A stretch of 64,000 bases of DNA, from positions 51,295 to 115,294 of the forward strand of contig DAHWIF010000011.1 of NCBI GenBank assembly GCA_027345565.1, written 5' to 3'. Made by a program: the position numbers and the translations under genes. Below, one piece after another: positions 1-9,205 of this stretch; position 1 is the first letter of the stretch; each line of letters starts with the position of its first letter. Source of the DNA: Candidatus Micrarchaeota archaeon (GTDB taxonomy: Archaea > Micrarchaeota > Micrarchaeia > Micrarchaeales > Micrarchaeaceae). The notes under the pieces were generated by a model. It did no database searches, was not told the DNA's origin, and worked only from the letters and a program-made list of their open reading frames with translations.

Positions 1-92
1 CGATCATGGGAGGGATATTCCTTGTAGGAGCGCTTACATACTTCATTTATATAGCATACTTGAAGAAGTCTAACGGATCGGTGGGATATTGA
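1..92 (+). CDS. 3' end of a membrane protein (partial, runs off window)
   Basis: Frame from nt 3 reads IMGGIFLVGALTYFIYIAYLKKSNGSVGY*, a hydrophobic helix plus basic tail; its TGA overlaps the TTG start of the next gene. Confidence 0.55.
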   Translation, partial: IMGGIFLVGALTYFIYIAYLKKSNGSVGY

Positions 93-748
93 CGTCTATA
101 CAAACAACTGTTGCTCTATCCACAATAGTGATATTCGTACTCGCGTTACTGCTTACCTTATTCATAACAAGGGATTACGCGGTGAAGAGGGCACGCGCGC
201 TCCTTTTCTGGAGTCTTGGTCTTTGGCTGTTCGTTGCCGGTGTTGGGCTGGAAATCGCTTTTGCATTAGGCGTATACAGCGGGTGGCTTGCAAATTCATA
301 CATAGTCGTAGTGACGCTCCTTGTCCAGTTCCTCGCGCTCGGCTCCATGCAGCTCATAAGCTCTGCAAAGCTGAAGAAGGCGTATTACGGATTCTGCATC
401 ATAACTACTGCGATTCTATTCTACTCCGTCATTGCATTCCCGGCCGTGTACATACTCAGCAGCGCCGGCGTAGCAATAAAGTCGACATCTTTGGCTGCAA
501 CAATAGCGTCGTTGCTGATCACCTTCCCGGCTGCAGCCATACTGGTGGCGGTGGCAGCGTTGACATACGTAAAAACGCGGAGCCCGAAGATGCTTTCAAT
601 AATAGCTGGCGTTATAGTAGTGTCAGCCGCTGGGACTCTTTATATAGTGTCTTTCCCGGCGTTGCTCTACTATTCCGAGTTCTTCGGCATACTTCTGCTT
701 TGGTTGGGCTTCTTCGACATGCGAATGCTCAGACTAAAAGGAAAATGA
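89..748 (+). CDS. Hypothetical polytopic membrane protein (~7 TM)
   Basis: 219-aa ORF made almost entirely of hydrophobic segments; TTGA coupling to the upstream gene. Confidence 0.75.
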   Translation: MTSIQTTVALSTIVIFVLALLLTLFITRDYAVKRARALLFWSLGLWLFVAGVGLEIAFALGVYSGWLANSYIVVVTLLVQFLALGSMQLISSAKLKKAYYGFCIITTAILFYSVIAFPAVYILSSAGVAIKSTSLAATIASLLITFPAAAILVAVAALTYVKTRSPKMLSIIAGVIVVSAAGTLYIVSFPALLYYSEFFGILLLWLGFFDMRMLRLKGK

Positions 749-1409
749 GCCATACGAGGATTGAGACTGTAAGGTTGTCGAACTTTCCGGGCGTTATCCC
801 CTCTGCCACAGCCCCAACCGCAGATGCCAGGACGGCTATCCTCGATACTCGAACGGTGAAGCTGCCAGGAAGCAGGATTGATGTGAAGATGAAGATGCTG
901 AATAGGCTGGCTACAAAGAAGGCTAGGCTCCCCTCAATGCTCTTCTTCCCGTTTGCATATTTGGCGCACGCATACTTGCCTGCGATTGGGGCGATTCCAT
1001 CGCCGAACGACACCGCGCAGATTGCAGCCACCCCTGCTATGCTCCTGAATGAAAAAACGGTGAAAAATATCAGCATTGCCATCAATATCAAAGGCCCGTA
1101 TATGACGTCTGTTCGCGATCTCTCCCTAGCGAACCGGAAGACTTTTGTCGCGTGAGGTGCGCGCTTTGGGAGTGCGGTGAGCATCACCGCAACAAATGCA
1201 AGAATGGGTATGGAGAATATGACTTTGGCGTATTGGCCGGTTGGCAGGAACCAGAATACGATCAGACCCCCCATCCAGAGATGGATTACCTTCCTCGCAG
1301 CGCTCTCAGATATCCTCCTCTTCGAGACCAGCACATCCATGGCCACGGCTATGGCAAATATGTATACAAGTTCGCCGATCCCTATAATGGCATTATATGG
1401 GACTGCCAT
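729..1409 (-). CDS. Dolichol/phytol kinase family (CTP-dependent polyprenol kinase) membrane protein
   Basis: ARKVIHL, YGPL, FGDGIAPIAGK, KKSIEGSLAFF and DNLTV motifs. Confidence 0.8.
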   Translation of the reverse strand: MAVPYNAIIGIGELVYIFAIAVAMDVLVSKRRISESAARKVIHLWMGGLIVFWFLPTGQYAKVIFSIPILAFVAVMLTALPKRAPHATKVFRFARERSRTDVIYGPLILMAMLIFFTVFSFRSIAGVAAICAVSFGDGIAPIAGKYACAKYANGKKSIEGSLAFFVASLFSIFIFTSILLPGSFTVRVSRIAVLASAVGAVAEGITPGKFDNLTVSILVWLIFLLV

Positions 1410-1422
1410 CAGAGCACATCAT

Positions 1423-1944
1423 TCATTTGACTCCAAGGTGCTCCAATATAGGATTAAGCGATTCCTCAAGAGCGCCAGAGCTCTTCACGGTTATCAGGTT
1501 GTCGTCTATCTCCATGTTCTTATCGGTGGGTATTCCGTGGAATAGTTGGATTGCCTTCTTCACTTCCGCATCTTCCGGCACAGCCATCTTCTTGCCTTTT
1601 ATTATATTGGCCTTTGCCAGCACCTTCTGCGAGTTTCCTACCGCGCCGATGTACTTCTTGCTGCCATTGAACTTCATAATCAGGTCCAAAAGGGGCCTGA
1701 AATCCTGGAGTTTATATGAATCTACCCCTGCTCCATCCACGAACATTATGCCATCGTAGCCCGATGGGTCGACCCTGTTTGCGTTTATATCTGGCATGCA
1801 AGTCGCACCGTGCATGCCGTTGCATTCCTTGTTACTGTAGCTAGTCACCTGGTAGCTCACATTCCACCTGTCGAAGAACATCCTTATAGTGGATAACGAC
1901 TCGTCCCTGAAATCATTTGGAGGTATGAAGATCAGGAATTTCAT
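1423..1944 (-). CDS. DJ-1/PfpI family protein (nucleophile Cys appears lost)
   Basis: FRDES, YDGIMFVDGAG, LAKANIIKGKK and NLITV pattern; the usual AIC is AVG. Confidence 0.8.
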   Translation of the reverse strand: MKFLIFIPPNDFRDESLSTIRMFFDRWNVSYQVTSYSNKECNGMHGATCMPDINANRVDPSGYDGIMFVDGAGVDSYKLQDFRPLLDLIMKFNGSKKYIGAVGNSQKVLAKANIIKGKKMAVPEDAEVKKAIQLFHGIPTDKNMEIDDNLITVKSSGALEESLNPILEHLGVK

Positions 1945-1948
1945 TTAG

Positions 1949-2689
1949 TCACGTTTCCATGTACGGGGCCAAAAAGTAAGCGATTGTTGCATCGCCTATC
2001 TTGTAATTTATCCTTATAGGTTCTTCCGTCTTGAGTGAAAGGTCTATCGAGTTGCCTGGTGGGCACGTTCTAACCATCCTGTCAAGCATGTTAAGATTGA
2101 ACGTTGCAGAGGACGCCTTGCTGACGTTTATCTTCTTCACGAAGTCCGGGTTGCTGTGTTCCTCCTCCAGTTCCGCAGCATCGCCTTTGGCGAATATCTT
2201 GAACACCTCCTTCTCTGTCTTGAAGCCTATCAGCGATGAAAGCAGCGTTGCATCCTTGAGCACCTCCCTGAATGGGTCGCTTTTTACCTCCACTGAGGAT
2301 TCGAACTCTATCTTCGGCTCCTTGTCGGCCTCTTTCTTTATGTCTATCATCGGCAGCCTGTACCTTCGGCGGCTGTTGTCCCCTATGAACTCTATTGCGA
2401 GCTTGTTGCTAGAGTCCTTCATGCTAAGCTGCTCATTGTTCCTCGCCGTTGAGAGTATCTTGCTGAGGTTCTCGAGGTTCAATCCTATCGATACCGGCTT
2501 CTCAACATCGTATTTCGAGAACGCCTTGCCAGGTATGAAGAATGAGACCATGCTTATACCTGACGGGTCCATAGCCTTCAGGGATATCCCCTCCTTGGAT
2601 ATGTTGAATGTGCCCTCATCCACAAGGCTGACTATCGAGTCAACGCAGCTTCTCCAGTACCTAGCATCATCTATCTTTATGTCAAACAT
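1949..2689 (-). CDS. pcn: DNA polymerase sliding clamp PCNA
   Basis: SLVDEGTF..GISLKAMDPSGISMV, GLNLENLSKIL and C-terminal YFLAP. Confidence 0.95.
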   Translation of the reverse strand: MFDIKIDDARYWRSCVDSIVSLVDEGTFNISKEGISLKAMDPSGISMVSFFIPGKAFSKYDVEKPVSIGLNLENLSKILSTARNNEQLSMKDSSNKLAIEFIGDNSRRRYRLPMIDIKKEADKEPKIEFESSVEVKSDPFREVLKDATLLSSLIGFKTEKEVFKIFAKGDAAELEEEHSNPDFVKKINVSKASSATFNLNMLDRMVRTCPPGNSIDLSLKTEEPIRINYKIGDATIAYFLAPYMET

Positions 2690-2790
2690 AGAAACCACAC
2701 AGTAATAGTATATCTATTCTGTCGTAAAGGAATAAAAATATATGCAAAGCGGCTTAATACGGGAATATTAGGCCTGTTTCGACTGCAAGC

Positions 2791-4170
2791 TCAGACCTGC
2801 CTTTTGGGGTCAAGGAGCCGATCCAGCGTCTTTCTGTCCATTACACCAATGTCCAGGCATACCTCCTTTAGGCTCTTGCCTGTCAGATATGCCGTCCTTG
2901 CTATCTTCGCGGCCTTGGCATAGCCTATGTATGGCGTCAACGCCGTCACCCTAGACAGGTCCATCTTCAGGTGCCTTTCTATTTCCCGTCTGTTGATTTT
3001 TATGCCAGATACGCATCTGCTCGAGAAGGTGTTTATCGCGTTTGTTAGTATGTTTATCGAAAAAAGCGTGTTGTACGCTATCAGGGGGGTGAACACGTTC
3101 AGCTCCAGCTGCCCGGATTCGAAGGCTATGTCAGTCGCGCGAGAGAGCCCGATTACCTCAAAGCACACCATATTCAACATTTCTGCGATGCTTGGATTCA
3201 CCTTGCCAGGCATTATTGATGATCCTGGCAGCACCGCGGGAAGTATTATTTCCCCTATCCCAGCGCGCGGTCCAGATGTCATGAGCCTCAGGTCGTTCGC
3301 TATCTTTGACATCACTATCGATACCTCTTTGAGAACATCGCTAAGGGCGAGTATGCACTGCTGCCCCTGCATCACCTTAAATGTATTCTTTGTTATGGAG
3401 AACTTCGCCCTTGTCATCCTATTTATCTCATTAACGGCTTCTGCCGCATAGCGCCTGCTGGCATTCAGTCCGGTCCCCACGGCCGTGCCTCCAAGAGGCA
3501 GCTCGAGGAGTAGGCTGCTTACAGTAATTAGCCCATCTATCGCGTATCCTATCTCTCCTGCGTATCCATAGAATTCCTGTCCCAAAGTCATCGGCACCGC
3601 ATCCTGCAGGTGCGTCCTCCCAACCTTCACCACCTTTGAGAACTCACGCGTCTTGTTCTTTAAGGAGGTTTCAACGCCTCTGAGCGCCGGAAGCAGGTCT
3701 TCCCTTATGGTGAGGTAACATGATATCTGAAGTGCCGAGGGGAAGGTATCATTGGTCGATTGGCTCATGTTTACATGGTCGTTCGGATGCACTATCGCAT
3801 AGTCCCCTTTGTTCCCTTTAAGCAGCGTTATTGCCCTGTTAGCCAGGACCTCGTTGACATTCATGTTTATGTTAGTGCCGGCGCCCGCCTGAAAAACGTC
3901 AGTTACAAATTGGTCTGCAAACTTGCCGCCGAGAACCTCGCTACACGCTTTGACGATTGCTGTGCCCCTTCTCTTATCAAGAGATCCTGTGCGCATGTTG
4001 GCTATGGCTGCAGCCTTCTTTATGGTCACATACGCCTCTATAAGCCTCCAGCTTATCCTTTCCCCAGATATCTTGAAGTTGTCTACGGCGCGCTTCGTCT
4101 CTGAACCATAATAGGCATCTGCAGGCACTTTCACCTTGCCGAGAACATCAGACTCTGTCCTGTATTTCAT
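2791..4170 (-). CDS. fumC: Class II fumarate hydratase (fumarase/aspartase family)
   Basis: HPNDHVNMSQSTNDTFP, KVGRTHLQDAVP and GSSIMPGKVNP; operon context favours fumarase over aspartase. Confidence 0.85.
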   Translation of the reverse strand: MKYRTESDVLGKVKVPADAYYGSETKRAVDNFKISGERISWRLIEAYVTIKKAAAIANMRTGSLDKRRGTAIVKACSEVLGGKFADQFVTDVFQAGAGTNINMNVNEVLANRAITLLKGNKGDYAIVHPNDHVNMSQSTNDTFPSALQISCYLTIREDLLPALRGVETSLKNKTREFSKVVKVGRTHLQDAVPMTLGQEFYGYAGEIGYAIDGLITVSSLLLELPLGGTAVGTGLNASRRYAAEAVNEINRMTRAKFSITKNTFKVMQGQQCILALSDVLKEVSIVMSKIANDLRLMTSGPRAGIGEIILPAVLPGSSIMPGKVNPSIAEMLNMVCFEVIGLSRATDIAFESGQLELNVFTPLIAYNTLFSINILTNAINTFSSRCVSGIKINRREIERHLKMDLSRVTALTPYIGYAKAAKIARTAYLTGKSLKEVCLDIGVMDRKTLDRLLDPKRQV

Positions 4171-4174
4171 ATTC

Positions 4175-5179
4175 TCACTCTTTCTTGTTGCCAATTATAT
4201 TACTTTTCATCGTATCTTTCTTCATAAGCTGTATGGCCGTTGCGGGGTCTACGCCTTTCGGGCACACCTTTGAGCACGCCCCGGCGTATTCGCAGCTCCA
4301 TAAGCCCTCCAGCACGTCGACCTTTTCTATGCGCTTCGCCCCCGCCTGATCCCTCGAATCGGCGTAATACCGATATTCTTGGGCGAGCGCCTGAGGGCCT
4401 ATGAAGTCCTGGTTCGTATTTACAACTGGGCATGCGTCCAGGCATAGCCCGCACATTATGCAGTACGAATACGGAAGGAACTTTTCTATCTGCTCCTGCG
4501 ATTGTACGTACTCCTTGCCGGCTGCGTACTGGGCATTTTTATCCTTCCTATAGAGGTACGGTTCGATTGCCTTGTGCTTATCGAAGAAGTCGTCGAAGTC
4601 GTTTACTAGGTCCTTCAGCAGCGGATGCCCCTCCATCGGCGCAACCGTTATGGTGCCGTCTTTCGCGCTCTTGAAAGCATTGGCCTCGCATGCTAGCGAC
4701 GGCTTGCCGTTTATGACCATGCCGCACGACCCGCATATCCCCATCCTGCAGCTATACCTCATCGAGAGTGTGTTGTCATTCCTCTCCTTAACGCTCTGCA
4801 GTAGCTCAAGCACGGTGGTGAACCTATTTGCGCCGACCAGGTATATGCGCGATTCGATCGTCATTGTTGCGGGGTTGAACCTGGCGATTTCCAAATTTAT
4901 CTCTTTGGTCCTGCCGCCCAGTGCCACCTTCTCTGAATGCACATGCTCTTCTGCATCATTTTTTGCTATCTTCATCAGCCTCCAGGGCGATTCACGCCTG
5001 GCAAAGTAAACTTCATGCATGCCGGATATGCCGAAAACTAACAGGCCTAGCGTTATCAAATAAAAAAGCGGCGTAGTGGCAGGCTGGTAAACAAAATAGG
5101 CAATCGCAGACAGGACCATAAGCACCGGCACGCCTATCATGGCAACATACATTGGTGCGAACTTTACTGATTCCTTCAT
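4175..5179 (-). CDS. sdhB: Succinate dehydrogenase/fumarate reductase Fe-S subunit with fused N-terminal 2-TM domain
   Basis: SCRMGICGSCG..LAC, CIMCGLCLDACP and CEYAGACSKVCP; ~85-aa N-terminal extension with two hydrophobic helices; ATG overlaps the upstream stop (ATGA). Confidence 0.9.
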   Translation of the reverse strand: MKESVKFAPMYVAMIGVPVLMVLSAIAYFVYQPATTPLFYLITLGLLVFGISGMHEVYFARRESPWRLMKIAKNDAEEHVHSEKVALGGRTKEINLEIARFNPATMTIESRIYLVGANRFTTVLELLQSVKERNDNTLSMRYSCRMGICGSCGMVINGKPSLACEANAFKSAKDGTITVAPMEGHPLLKDLVNDFDDFFDKHKAIEPYLYRKDKNAQYAAGKEYVQSQEQIEKFLPYSYCIMCGLCLDACPVVNTNQDFIGPQALAQEYRYYADSRDQAGAKRIEKVDVLEGLWSCEYAGACSKVCPKGVDPATAIQLMKKDTMKSNIIGNKKE

Positions 5180-5592
5180 GCGAACCACACATAGAGTATT
5201 GCGATTAACCCTGCGACCCATATCGCCAAGGACGCATATGGCAACATCTTATACATCGGGGTGAGCGGATGGCGCTTGTACTTCTCAGCTATGGTAAGAT
5301 ATGATTTGTTTAGGTAGCCGTGGACGAACCCTTCTGTGGCTATTACAGAGGCGCCCTTCGCCGTCTCGTACACCTGCGGCGTGAAAAGCACCCACACGAC
5401 TATGAATGCGGCCTCGAACGCCCACGATGGCAGCAGCCCTACATACTTCGCCACAAAGATTACGAACGCGATTAAAGAGAAAATTATCAGCACCCTGTAG
5501 AAAAGCATGTGGACGTACGCCTCCTTGTCGAAGCCGAGCAGCCTGCCTATGTTTGACTGCTTGCCGCGTGGATCATACACCCGTTTCTCCAT
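5176..5592 (-). CDS. 3-TM membrane protein, probable divergent SdhC/FrdC-type anchor
   Basis: 138 aa with three hydrophobic segments, between the flavoprotein and Fe-S genes and translationally coupled to the latter. Confidence 0.7.
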   Translation of the reverse strand: MEKRVYDPRGKQSNIGRLLGFDKEAYVHMLFYRVLIIFSLIAFVIFVAKYVGLLPSWAFEAAFIVVWVLFTPQVYETAKGASVIATEGFVHGYLNKSYLTIAEKYKRHPLTPMYKMLPYASLAIWVAGLIAILYVWFA

Positions 5593-5599
5593 ATTACCA

Positions 5600-7336
5600 C
5601 TAGTAAGTCCTCGCCTTTGGCTGCCATCTGGTTATTGTGACAGGCGCGTACGATATCTCTATATTTCCTTTTACAGCCTTTGCTATTGTGTGTTTTAGCC
5701 AATGCTTGTCATCGCGCTTTTTATAGTCGGTCCTTGCGTGTGCGCCCCGGCTCTCCATTCTGTTCAACGCACACTTTGCGACCACCTCAGCAAGTTCCAC
5801 CATATTCTTTATCTCCAATGCGTCCCTAAGGTTCGTATTGAAGATGTTGCCTTTGTCTGACACGCGTACTTCCTTGTACATCTCCTTTATCCTACGTATG
5901 GCCGTTAACGCCCCTGCCATGCCTCGCCTATCTCTGTATACATAGAGATGCTCGCCCATCACGTTTTGTAGCCGCTCCTTTAGCTCGTACGGGTCGTTTG
6001 TCCCGTCGTTGTCCTTGATGCTGTTCAGCCTTTCCTCTGCGTCCTCTCCCATCTTGACCACCACATCTTTCGCAATGGAAATGCGTGTGTGCCTTGCCGC
6101 AGCAATGCCGGTTATCCTTCCCCAAACGGCACACTGACTTAACGAGTTCGAACCTAGCCGGTTTGACCCGTGCACGCTCACACATGCGCATTCGCCGGCT
6201 GCCCAAAGCCCGTTAACCGTGCCTGAAAGCACGCTGGATACCACGCTGCCGTTTATATCGGTGTGTATGCCCCCCATTGTAAAGTGTGCTGCTGGCCTCA
6301 CAGGAATCTGCTCTTCGACCGGATCCAGGCCCAACATCTTTATTGTCATCTCCCGTATCATAGGGAGTCTTTCATCGATTTTTTCAGCGCCAAGGTGCCT
6401 TAGATCCAAATGCACGTACTTCATGCCTGCCTCTGAGTCGTCCACGCCCCTGCCTTTCTTTATCTCGGTGATTATCGCTTTAGATACTATGTCCCTTGGC
6501 GCAAGCTCCATCACAGACTTCGCATACCTTTTCATGAACCTCTCGCCTTTCGCGTTTCTCAAATACCCGCCTTCGCCTCGCGCCGCCTCTGTTATCAGTA
6601 TGCCGCTTGGCACAAGTGCAGTTGGATGGAATTGCACAAACTCCATGTCCTTTAGCGGCAGTCCGGCCCTGAGAGCGAGAGCCGTGCCGTCCCCGGTTGC
6701 TGAGTGTGATGTGGTGGTGAACGGATACATCCTCGAATATCCGCCCGTGGCGATTATGCATGCTCCTGCACGGAAGAGTTTTATGCCACCTGTCGCTAGG
6801 TCTATGGAAAGCAGCCCTGCAAAACCGTTTTTGTGGAGCAGAAGATCTGTGACGAAGTGCTCGTGGAATCCATCTACATTCTCGGATTTGAGTACGGTAT
6901 CGTACAGCGCACGCATCAGGAAGAAGCCGGTTTTGTCAGCGGCAAATGCGGTTCTCTTGACGCTCATTCCTCCGAACGCCCTGAACAGTATCCTCTTGTC
7001 TGGCTCTCTAGACCACGGTACGCCGATGTGCTCGAAGAACCTTATCTCTTTCGGTGCATTATTGACAAGTACCTCTATGGCGTCTTGATCCCCTAGGTAA
7101 TCCGATCCCTTGGCGGTATCATAGCCGTGCAGGTCATATGAGTCATTATGCATCTCTGGGTAAAGGACTCCTGATACGCCGCCTTCGGCCGCTACAGAGT
7201 GGCTACGCATCAGGTGCAGCTTTGATACGACTGCGATGCGCCTGCGCGGTCCGATTAGCCTGCTGGCGTGTATCGCTGCTGCAAGTCCTGCTATGCCGCT
7301 GCCGAGAACGACTATGTCATAATCAAGTATCTCCAA
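5600..7336 (-). CDS. sdhA: Succinate dehydrogenase/fumarate reductase flavoprotein subunit
   Basis: [16 protein letters not shown] (covalent FAD His), [28 protein letters not shown] and ESRGAH. Confidence 0.95.
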   Translation of the reverse strand: MEILDYDIVVLGSGIAGLAAAIHASRLIGPRRRIAVVSKLHLMRSHSVAAEGGVSGVLYPEMHNDSYDLHGYDTAKGSDYLGDQDAIEVLVNNAPKEIRFFEHIGVPWSREPDKRILFRAFGGMSVKRTAFAADKTGFFLMRALYDTVLKSENVDGFHEHFVTDLLLHKNGFAGLLSIDLATGGIKLFRAGACIIATGGYSRMYPFTTTSHSATGDGTALALRAGLPLKDMEFVQFHPTALVPSGILITEAARGEGGYLRNAKGERFMKRYAKSVMELAPRDIVSKAIITEIKKGRGVDDSEAGMKYVHLDLRHLGAEKIDERLPMIREMTIKMLGLDPVEEQIPVRPAAHFTMGGIHTDINGSVVSSVLSGTVNGLWAAGECACVSVHGSNRLGSNSLSQCAVWGRITGIAAARHTRISIAKDVVVKMGEDAEERLNSIKDNDGTNDPYELKERLQNVMGEHLYVYRDRRGMAGALTAIRRIKEMYKEVRVSDKGNIFNTNLRDALEIKNMVELAEVVAKCALNRMESRGAHARTDYKKRDDKHWLKHTIAKAVKGNIEISYAPVTITRWQPKARTY

Positions 7337-8656
7337 TCACTCATACCTTTTGTCCAGCTTTTCTGTCCATTTCTCCTTCTTCTTATAAAGCGAGAGCATC
7401 CTTTTTGTCTCATCCCTCACAATGTTCTTATCCACATGTGCGCTTGCGACTCCTGAGCTGACAGCGGCCTCCGCGACCCTTGTCGCTATCCTTACATTAA
7501 GAGCTGTATACTCGTTCAGGTCTCCGAACCTCGGTATTATGTATTCTGCGGATCTTTGCCTCCTTTTTATGAAAGTGGCAATCGCATCGCTTGCTGCAAG
7601 TGCCATCTCATCGGTCACTTTTGATGCGTGCGCTGAGAGCATTCCCCTGAAGAAACCCGGAAACGCAAGGTAGTTGTTGACTTGGTTGGGCTGCATGCTG
7701 CTTCCTGTTGCGACTACGGTTGCACCTGCATCCTTTGCCTCATGGTAATCTATCTCTGGATCTGGGTTTGCGAGCGCGAAAACTATAGGGTCTCTTGCCA
7801 TGGATGATATCATCTCCTTTGTGAAAACCCTTTTCTTTGATACACCTATAAGCACATCAGCTCCGTTTACGATGTCAACCAACGCACCGCTTTCCTTTCT
7901 GCTATTGGTGGCCTCGGCAATCCATTCCTTGAAAGCGTTCATGTTTTCCTTCCTGCCCTTGTATATTGCTCCTGCTGTGTCGCACACCGTCACATTACTC
8001 GCTTTCGATGCGCACAAAATCTCGGTTATCCCGAGCCCTGCGGCTCCAGCACCGTTTATCACTATCTTCGCAGACCCAAGGCTTTTGCCGACAACGGCAA
8101 GAGCATTCATGAGAGCGCTCCGTACCACTATTGCCGTGCCGCAACGGTCATCGTGGAATAGCGGCAGCCCAAGGCGTTCCTCCAGCCTCCGCGTTATGCT
8201 GAACGCTTTTGGTGTTTCTATGTCTTCTATGTTCACGGCAGCTATCGATGGCTTTATCATCTCCACGAACCGAACTATGTCGTCCTCGCTTTTAGACCCG
8301 ACGCATATAGGTATGGCGTCTACGCCGCCGAACTTCTTGAAGAGCAGCGCTTTGCCCTCAAGGATAGGCATCTCCGATTCCGGACCTAGGTCGCCGAGGC
8401 CGAGCACGCGGGTGCCGTCGCTTATTATTGCAACCGTATTCGCACGGTTTGTATATTCGTAGGATAGCGCTGCGTTTTCCCTTATTGCGGCAGCGACATA
8501 TGCGACCCCAGGTGTGTAATAAAGGGATAAATCGTTCTCATCTCTTATTGCGACCTTGCCTGCGATCTCCACCTTGCCGCTCCTTTTCCTGTGCGCTGCC
8601 AACGCCTGCTCCTTCAGCTCTCTTTCGCCAGTTTCCCCCATAAGCCTATTATCCAC
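7337..8656 (-). CDS. NAD(P)-dependent malic enzyme
   Basis: LYYTPGVA, EGKALLFK, NIEDI, FHDD..GTA, NGAGAAG, FALANPDPEI and NQVNNYLAFPG. Confidence 0.9.
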   Translation of the reverse strand: MDNRLMGETGERELKEQALAAHRKRSGKVEIAGKVAIRDENDLSLYYTPGVAYVAAAIRENAALSYEYTNRANTVAIISDGTRVLGLGDLGPESEMPILEGKALLFKKFGGVDAIPICVGSKSEDDIVRFVEMIKPSIAAVNIEDIETPKAFSITRRLEERLGLPLFHDDRCGTAIVVRSALMNALAVVGKSLGSAKIVINGAGAAGLGITEILCASKASNVTVCDTAGAIYKGRKENMNAFKEWIAEATNSRKESGALVDIVNGADVLIGVSKKRVFTKEMISSMARDPIVFALANPDPEIDYHEAKDAGATVVATGSSMQPNQVNNYLAFPGFFRGMLSAHASKVTDEMALAASDAIATFIKRRQRSAEYIIPRFGDLNEYTALNVRIATRVAEAAVSSGVASAHVDKNIVRDETKRMLSLYKKKEKWTEKLDKRYE

Positions 8657-8697
8657 ATAAAGGTTTTTATGAACCGTGCTGTAATTTTAATGATTGG

Positions 8698-8859
8698 TTG
8701 CGGGCCAGATGCGGGCTATGCGGCGGCATATTCGACTGCCAGGGTGCAGACTGGGGAGTATGCTGGTGCGCATTCGTGAAACCTGGAAGGGGAAGGATGG
8801 GCAAGATTAAGAGGCTATCAGATTCATGCGTTTGCAAAGAATGTCTCCGGCGAAGGTAA
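8698..8859 (+). CDS. Cysteine-rich CWC-type small protein (53 aa, not in ORF track)
   Basis: TTG start; RARCGLCGGIFDC..CWC..CVCKECLRRR*; AT-rich TATA-like element about 30 bp upstream. Confidence 0.7.
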   Translation: MRARCGLCGGIFDCQGADWGVCWCAFVKPGRGRMGKIKRLSDSCVCKECLRRR

Positions 8860-8899
8860 GTCTTTTATATATCAAAAACAGAGCCATTTGTGTGATGAG

Positions 8900-9076
8900 A
8901 TGGCAAAAAGATTCGCATGCAAGGACATAGGACTGTCATGCGGCTTCGAGGCAAGAGCCGAAACTGAAGAGGAATTGATGGGGAAGATAGCCGCGCATGC
9001 AAGAACGGCACATAACATGCAGAGCATAGACGCAGCAACCCTAGCAAAGGTCAAGGTTGCGATAAAGGACGCCTGA
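8900..9076 (+). CDS. DUF1059 small metal-binding protein
   Basis: FACKDIGLSCGFEARAETEEELM..IAAHARTAH pattern. Confidence 0.85.
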   Translation: MAKRFACKDIGLSCGFEARAETEEELMGKIAAHARTAHNMQSIDAATLAKVKVAIKDA

Positions 9077-9089
9077 TTCTGCATTCGGA

Positions 9090-9162
9090 TGGGGCTGCCG
9101 AGATTTGAACTCGGATATCCAGCGCCCGAGGCTGGAAGTCTGCCAGGTTAGCGTACAGCCCC
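9090..9162 (-). tRNA. tRNA-Pro(CGG)
   Basis: GGGGCTG/CAGCCCC acceptor stem, CCAGC-CTCGGGC-GCTGG anticodon arm, CCGAG-TTCAAAT-CTCGG T arm. Confidence 0.9.
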
Positions 9163-9205
9163 GCAATAGGAGTTGTTGCCCTACTTATAATAATGTTGGC
9201 GACTC

